A stretch of 64,000 bases of DNA from an uncultured Chlorobiaceae bacterium (GTDB lineage: Bacteria > Bacteroidota > Ignavibacteria > UBA10030 > SZUA-254): NCBI GenBank assembly GCA_964512655.1, contig CAZEJT010000005.1, positions 135,559 to 199,558 on the forward strand, written 5' to 3'. The notes under the pieces are model-generated. The model ran no database searches. It was not told where the DNA came from and saw only the letters and a list, made by a program, of their open reading frames with translations. This document shows, piece after piece, positions 59,070-64,000 of the stretch; position 1 is the stretch's first letter; each line of letters starts with the position of its first letter. The position numbers and the translations under genes are program-made.

Positions 59070-60731
59070 ATGCTAAGGAAAGACTATTCTGGTTGGTCTA
59101 GGGAGGACTTGGTGCGAGAGATAAAGAAGCTTGAAAAGAGCAAAGGGTATGGTATCGTCTGGGAAGACAAACCAGAATCAGTGGCTGAATTGTGCAAGGA
59201 AAAGCTTCCTGTTCTCACTGAAGATAAGACCAAAGCGATTGAGACTGATGGTAAGAAGCCTGTGAATATCCTTATCGAGGGAGATAATTACCATGCCCTC
59301 TCAGTCTTGAGTTATACTCACAAAGAGAAGATTGATGTCATTTACATCGATCCTCCCTACAACACTGGTTCCAAAGATTGGAAGTATAACAATGATTTTG
59401 TTGATGATCTAGATACATGGAGACATAGTAAATGGCTCTCTTTTATGGAAAAGCGACTTAAGCTAGCGAAACATTTATTGAAAAGAAGTGGGGTGTTAAT
59501 TTGTACAATTGACGAGAATGAACATGCTGCATTAGGGTTGTTATTGCAGGAACTATTCCCAGACAAAGAAATAGTATGTGTTACGATCATACATAATCCT
59601 GGAGGAATCCAAGGAAACAATTTCTCTTACTGTCATGAGTACGCATATTTTGTCCATCCAACGGGTGGAACGTATATTTCAAAAATTAAGAGAGACGATG
59701 TGGCGCCTATGCCACTTCGAGATTGGGGTAAAGAAAGTTCAAAAAGAGAAGCGGCGAGAACCTGTTTTTATCCGATCTTCGTTAAGGATGAGAAAGTAAT
59801 TGGTTTTGGCGACGTTTGCCCTGAGGATTTTCATCCTAAAAAATCTAACATACTTCAAAAAGATGGCAGTATCGCAATCTATCCAGTCGATAGCAATGGC
59901 GTAGAGAGAAAGTGGAGGTTCTCTCGACTGAGTGTTGATGAAATAAAGGAGGAATTGATTTGCCAAACAATTAAGAACGAATTGGTTATCGTTCGTGGCA
60001 AAACAGACTATCGTTGGAAAACAGTTTGGACAGATACAAAGTATAATGCAAATGTCTATGGAACGAAGCTTCTTAATAGCATAATAAGAGCCAAGTTTCC
60101 ATTTCCAAAATCGCTTTATGCCGTGATGGACTGCGTAAAAGCTGTAATTCACGATAAGAATAATTCAATAGTCTTAGACTTCTTTGCGGGCTCTGGAACA
60201 ACAGGCCATGCAGTAATGATGCTGAATAAGCAGGACAAAGGAAATAGGAGATTTATTCTTTGCACGAATAATGAAAATAGAATTGCTGATGAGATCTGTT
60301 ATCCGAGGGTAAAAAGAGTGATTGAGGGGCACAGAGATCATCCGGACATTACGAAAATCGACGCAAACCTTAGGTATTATAGGACAGAATTCGTCGATGC
60401 AGCTCCCACTGATCGGAATAAGAAGCGACTCGTGGATAAATCCACTGAGATGCTATGTTTGAAGGAAGACTGTCATGATTTATTGAAGAAGGGGGACGGT
60501 TTCAGAATTTATGGCAATCTCACTGGGAAGTTATTAAGCATCGTATATGACGATGATGCTATTGGAGCATGTAGGAGAGAAATCAAGAAGATGAACAAGA
60601 AGTTCATTGTATATGTCTTCTCTCTCGACGAGAGCGCGAGAGAAGAGGAGTTTGAGGACCTTGAAACACTTGTCGAGCTTAAGCCCATTCCTGCTGTAAT
60701 CATGAATGTGTACAAGCGGATTTTCAAATGA
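59070..60731 (+). CDS. mod: Type III restriction-modification Mod subunit (N6-adenine DNA methyltransferase, beta class)
   Basis: A GAGGA RBS lies 8 nt upstream of the ATG at 59070. Motif IV (IDVIYIDPPYNTG) precedes motif I (LDFFAGSGTTGHAVM), with a ~250-aa putative target-recognition region between them. This arrangement is typical of Type III Mod. Confidence 0.8.
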   Translation: MLRKDYSGWSREDLVREIKKLEKSKGYGIVWEDKPESVAELCKEKLPVLTEDKTKAIETDGKKPVNILIEGDNYHALSVLSYTHKEKIDVIYIDPPYNTGSKDWKYNNDFVDDLDTWRHSKWLSFMEKRLKLAKHLLKRSGVLICTIDENEHAALGLLLQELFPDKEIVCVTIIHNPGGIQGNNFSYCHEYAYFVHPTGGTYISKIKRDDVAPMPLRDWGKESSKREAARTCFYPIFVKDEKVIGFGDVCPEDFHPKKSNILQKDGSIAIYPVDSNGVERKWRFSRLSVDEIKEELICQTIKNELVIVRGKTDYRWKTVWTDTKYNANVYGTKLLNSIIRAKFPFPKSLYAVMDCVKAVIHDKNNSIVLDFFAGSGTTGHAVMMLNKQDKGNRRFILCTNNENRIADEICYPRVKRVIEGHRDHPDITKIDANLRYYRTEFVDAAPTDRNKKRLVDKSTEMLCLKEDCHDLLKKGDGFRIYGNLTGKLLSIVYDDDAIGACRREIKKMNKKFIVYVFSLDESAREEEFEDLETLVELKPIPAVIMNVYKRIFK

Positions 60732-62920
60732 TGGAGCTGAGGAAATACCAAAAGGAAGCAGTCTCGCGTCTGAAAGAGGGGGTAAACAGACTCTTGACGT
60801 CAGCGGAGAGGGAGATCTGTATCTTTCAAGCTCCAACGGGAAGTGGCAAGACTTTTATTATGTCTGAATTACTAAGAGCACTTGCGAAAGATAGAAAAGA
60901 TGAAAAGAAACTCTCTTTCATCTGGATATCAGTGAGAATGTTGCATGAGCAAAGCAAGGAAAAACTTGAGAATTACTACGAGAATGAAAGGTTGATCCAG
61001 TGCTCATATTATGAGGACCTCGAAGACAAGCAGATAAGTGAAAACGAGATTCTATTTATAAATTGGCATAGCATTAACAAGAAAGACATTAACATTTATG
61101 TTCGGGAGAACGAGCAAGACAATAACCTAAACAGCATAATCGAGCGCACAAAAGAGGAAGGCAGAGACATAATTCTCATAATTGATGAAAGCCACCACAC
61201 CGCAAGTTCCGAGAAGTCAAGAGAGTTGATTGAGGTCATCGGTCCGAAAGTAACCATCGAAGTTTCTGCTACTCCTCATCTAAAGGAGAGCATGGATGAT
61301 TTCGTGAAGGTAAATTTGGCTGATGTAAAAGCGGAAGAGATGATTAAGTCGGAGATCTCAGTAAATCCTGAGTTCTTGGAGGTGAAGGTCGGAAGGAGGA
61401 GCTCTGACGAGCTAGTTATCGGAGAGGCCTTGACGAAGAGGGAAGTGATCGCAAGGCACTACAAGGAAGAAGGGAGTGACGTGAATCCGCTTGTCCTAGT
61501 TCAGTTACCAGACCAAAAAGGCGATCTGGTCAACAAGAAAGACTATGTCCTGAAACTCCTGAAAGACAAATTCAAGATAACCGAGGAAAACGCAAAACTT
61601 GCTGTCTGGTTGTCTGAAGAGAAAACTGAATCATTATTGAATATCGAAAAGAATGATAATAGCGTCGAGGTGTTGGTGTTCAAGCAAGCTCCTGCTTTAG
61701 GATGGGATTGTCCCAGAGCATGTATTCTTGTCTTATTTCGGGAATCAACGAGTTTCAGATTCACAATACAAACCATCGGGAGAATCATGAGAATGCCCGA
61801 GTGGAAGTATTACAATGAGGCAGAATTGAACAGGGGTTTTGTCTTTACAAATCATCCGAATATCGAGATAACAGAAGACTATGCTCGCGATTACGTTTCA
61901 ATCTACGAGGCGAAACGAGATGATGAACTATACAGGGAAATTGGGATTCCGTCGATATACCTCAGGAGGCAGCGTGAGAGAACAAGGCTCTCTGGAAAAT
62001 TCTCTGAAATATTCATGCAGATTGCCGAGGCCAGAGATCTCAAGAAGAAGTTAATTTTCTATCCTTCAAGGATTGTACGACCGTTGATCGCTGATGGGCG
62101 TATTACCAATATAGATAAGAAAGGGGAAATTGAACATAAGGGAACGCTTGATGTTGATCTAAATCCCGTAGAGCTGCAGCAAGCATTTGATACATTCATA
62201 TCGCAAAACTGTACTCCTTTTGCTCCGGCAGATTCGAGCGATAGGATGAAGAGTGCAATCTACAATTTCTCTTCGAAGAAATTGAAACTGAAGAAATATG
62301 ATCCGCACGTGCAAAGAATAGTCCTAGGAAAAGAGAATGTCCAGTCGTTTGTCGATGTCATAAATTTGGCGAAGGAACGATTCAAGGAAGAAGTAATCGA
62401 GAAACTGGCCGAGAAACGAGAGTTGCAAGAAACTCCGAAATGGGAAGTCCCGTCTCTTATAAGTTACAACAGTAGATACAGCAAAGTGGAGAGAGACAAG
62501 TCCATTATGAAGCCGTTCTATACTCGACAAGCGAGTGATCCCGAAATGCAGTTCCAGGAGTTCCTGCAAGAGTCAAAAAAGGTAAAGTGGTGGTTCAAGA
62601 ATGGGGAGAACGAGGAAAAATACTTCGCGGTTCTCTATAAAGACGAGGGTGGTTATGAAAGAGCGTTCTACGTTGATTTTCTCATTCAATTTGTGGATGG
62701 GTCTCTTGGATTGTTTGATACCAAAAGTGGCATAACCGCGAAGGAGGCGAAAGAGAAGGCAGAGGGATTACAAGAATACATTGCAACGCAGAATAAGAAA
62801 GGGTCCAGGCTTTGGGGGGGCATTGTTATCAATGTGAAGGGCAGTTGGAGGTATAACGACGCCAAGTCGTACGCCTATGATGAGAAAACTTTGAAGGATT
62901 GGAAGGTGCTTGAAATCTAG
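60728..62920 (+). CDS. res: Type III restriction enzyme Res subunit (SF2 helicase plus C-terminal PD-(D/E)xK-like nuclease)
   Basis: The ATGA overlaps the mod stop. The Walker A motif is FQAPTGSGKTF and motif II is LIIDESHH. The C-terminal segment YVDFLIQFVDGSLGLFDTKSG is consistent with a PD...D-x-K nuclease core. Confidence 0.7.
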   Translation: MMELRKYQKEAVSRLKEGVNRLLTSAEREICIFQAPTGSGKTFIMSELLRALAKDRKDEKKLSFIWISVRMLHEQSKEKLENYYENERLIQCSYYEDLEDKQISENEILFINWHSINKKDINIYVRENEQDNNLNSIIERTKEEGRDIILIIDESHHTASSEKSRELIEVIGPKVTIEVSATPHLKESMDDFVKVNLADVKAEEMIKSEISVNPEFLEVKVGRRSSDELVIGEALTKREVIARHYKEEGSDVNPLVLVQLPDQKGDLVNKKDYVLKLLKDKFKITEENAKLAVWLSEEKTESLLNIEKNDNSVEVLVFKQAPALGWDCPRACILVLFRESTSFRFTIQTIGRIMRMPEWKYYNEAELNRGFVFTNHPNIEITEDYARDYVSIYEAKRDDELYREIGIPSIYLRRQRERTRLSGKFSEIFMQIAEARDLKKKLIFYPSRIVRPLIADGRITNIDKKGEIEHKGTLDVDLNPVELQQAFDTFISQNCTPFAPADSSDRMKSAIYNFSSKKLKLKKYDPHVQRIVLGKENVQSFVDVINLAKERFKEEVIEKLAEKRELQETPKWEVPSLISYNSRYSKVERDKSIMKPFYTRQASDPEMQFQEFLQESKKVKWWFKNGENEEKYFAVLYKDEGGYERAFYVDFLIQFVDGSLGLFDTKSGITAKEAKEKAEGLQEYIATQNKKGSRLWGGIVINVKGSWRYNDAKSYAYDEKTLKDWKVLEI

Positions 62921-63160
62921 CGATACCACCAATACTAGACTACGAAAAGGTTGGGAACCCCACGGTGATATCGTTAACGGGCGCAATAAGAGAGGGCTGA
63001 CAGCTCAGTTATGGGTGAACAACGCTTGCTGACCGTTCGAATGCGTTGACTCTCAAGATGGGAATGGATAGCTTGATGGAAATCTGTTGCGATTAGGGTA
63101 GGATCACGTATCTTCTAGAAATATGCATTATCCTCAATCAGACTTGGATCGTGATGAAGC

Positions 63161-63403
63161 ATGGATCAAGCACTTAAGTTTGTCCCCCTGATATTGACCG
63201 GAACAGCAGCCATTGGGGGTTTTATCTACTGGCACTTCAAAACCTTATACGGTTTGAAGGATGAAATCCATCGTATCGAGATACAGGTAAAGGACCTCGA
63301 CAAGAAGGTGGCGTTGCAAAAACAAACCACAGACAAACTTGCTGAACTCTATCCCCTCCTTACCAAGATATTTGATATGCTCCAGGCAAAAGGACAAATA
63401 TGA
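63161..63403 (+). CDS. small membrane/coiled-coil protein (80 aa)
   Basis: An N-terminal TM helix (FVPLILTGTAAIGGFIYWHF) is followed by a coiled-coil-like segment. The gene is AT-rich and part of the island. Confidence 0.35.
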   Translation: MDQALKFVPLILTGTAAIGGFIYWHFKTLYGLKDEIHRIEIQVKDLDKKVALQKQTTDKLAELYPLLTKIFDMLQAKGQI

Positions 63404-63645
63404 TCGACTCGATGGATTATAGAAGATTGTCCGAGCTTGGCGAGAGAGTTAAAGGCGGAATTGCGACTAAGGTAGAGAAAGATGAATTCATGGAGTTGCT
63501 GCACAATAACGGTTCCATAACAGACAGGCAATACCAGGAGTATCAGAACAACCAGAATATGGAAGAGATATTGAATGCGGCCCTCGCGATAGGGGCGATA
63601 ATCCTCATCGCTTATCTTTTGAAAGAAATACTCGGCACAAAGTAA
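63400..63645 (+). CDS. small protein with C-terminal TM helix (81 aa)
   Basis: The start overlaps the previous stop (ATGA). The C-terminus is hydrophobic (ILNAALAIGAIILIAYLL). Confidence 0.35.
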   Translation: MIDSMDYRRLSELGERVKGGIATKVEKDEFMELLHNNGSITDRQYQEYQNNQNMEEILNAALAIGAIILIAYLLKEILGTK

Positions 63646-63781
63646 ATACTGCTCTGACAAGACACCGTTTTGCGACCAAGTCTCGGAGAACTACGACCCT
63701 GCAAAAGAGTACTTACAGGAACAAAATTACCTTGCCCAAAGAAAGATCCGATCATTAAAACAATCTCTGTGAATCACACAC

Positions 63782-64000
63782 GTGAACAATTGTGTATACT
63801 GTGGACGGATCCAAAAACTCACGAAGGAACATTTGCTGCCCAGCTGCATCATTAAGAGGACTTCTCAACAGGATGTGCAATATCTGGAACGAGCGCAGAA
63901 GATTATCGATGCCGAGGCTCAGATAAAGGATGTCTGTGCAGAATGTAACAACAGATCTCTCTCTGCACTCGATTCATACGTGTCAAGGGCCACTAGGATT
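63782..64000 (+). CDS. HNH-type nuclease domain protein, 3'-truncated by window edge (not in supplied ORF track)
   Basis: A frame open from 63773 to the window end translates to NNCVYCGRIQKLTKEHLLPSC...VCAECNNRSL, i.e. CxxC ... EH ... CxxCN, the HNH zinc-finger nuclease pattern. The only candidate start is the GTG at 63782, so the start is uncertain. Confidence 0.4.
   Translation, partial: MNNCVYCGRIQKLTKEHLLPSCIIKRTSQQDVQYLERAQKIIDAEAQIKDVCAECNNRSLSALDSYVSRATRI

Larger units (their letters stand above)
58740..64000. other. AT-rich, compositionally atypical segment (putative horizontally acquired defence island) extending beyond the window end
   Basis: Base composition shifts by eye from GC-rich host-like sequence to clearly AT-rich sequence. 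The shift coincides with the R-M genes and small ORFs. No integrase is seen within the window. Confidence 0.6.

Noticed and set aside
62994-63050. tRNA-like fragment (GGGCTGA-CAGCTCAGTTATGGGTGAAC ... GTTCGAAT) that could mark an island att site
   Set aside because: D-arm-like and T-loop-like strings are present, but the spacing and stem pairings do not fold into a cloverleaf. The T-loop motif is ~10 nt too close and there is no acceptor complement. At best it is a decayed fragment and I cannot support it as a tRNA.
63670-63855. 61-aa ORF in the supplied track (MRPSLGELRPCKRV...)
   Set aside because: Its sequence is low-complexity. A different frame over the same DNA gives a clear CxxC-EH-CxxCN HNH signature that continues to the window end, so the track ORF is probably an overlapping artefact.

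Overview
This 64 kb window looks like chromosomal DNA from a high-GC bacterium that uses a type IX secretion system (T9SS). Five ORFs end in the Por/T9SS C-terminal sorting domain, and two encode Ser/Thr kinases with TPR or TolB-like fusions, which points to the Fibrobacteres-Chlorobi-Bacteroidetes (FCB) superphylum (Bacteroidota, Ignavibacteriota or Gemmatimonadota-like). I cannot resolve the taxon further. Coding density is high and there are no rRNA or tRNA genes and no CRISPR array.

Recognisable gene blocks, in order:
- 1.3-5.3 kb: a Ser/Thr kinase followed by a membrane-anchored matrixin-type metalloprotease.
- 5.5-10.1 kb: a secreted redox-type cluster (spondin_N-like protein, tandem-DM13 protein, GMC oxidoreductase, two-domain VOC/glyoxalase protein).
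- 10.1-18.7 kb: a sugar nucleotidyltransferase, a type II NADH dehydrogenase (NDH-2), then an alpha-glucan/glucose block (GH63-like hydrolase, archaeal-type glucose dehydrogenase, amylo-alpha-1,6-glucosidase).
- 18.7-22.1 kb: a convergent OmpR-family response regulator and hybrid histidine kinase pair.
- 23.9-28.7 kb: a minus-strand run (TlpA-like thioredoxin, small ORF, aquaporin with a Cys-rich tail, stand-alone DM13, GlcG-cupin fusion, periplasmic SMP-30/gluconolactonase).
- 30.0-31.5 kb: a MoaD/ThiS-like Gly-Gly protein translationally coupled to a BNR-repeat protein.
- 42.3-46.4 kb: a secreted TPR-CHAT protein divergent from an ECF sigma/anti-sigma pair.
- 48.3-48.9 kb: a minimal nucleotidyltransferase module.
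- 51.9-53.4 kb: a SEC-C-motif protein.
- 49.6-57.7 kb: large BNR/Ycf48-like T9SS cargo proteins.

From about 58.7 kb to the window end the composition turns clearly AT-rich. This segment carries a Type III restriction-modification pair (Mod and Res), two overlapping small membrane/coiled-coil ORFs, and the 5' part of an HNH-type nuclease that runs off the window. I read it as a horizontally acquired defence island. It is the most likely place for an uncharacterised system.

All functional calls rest on motif recognition by eye, without database searches, so family names are tentative.
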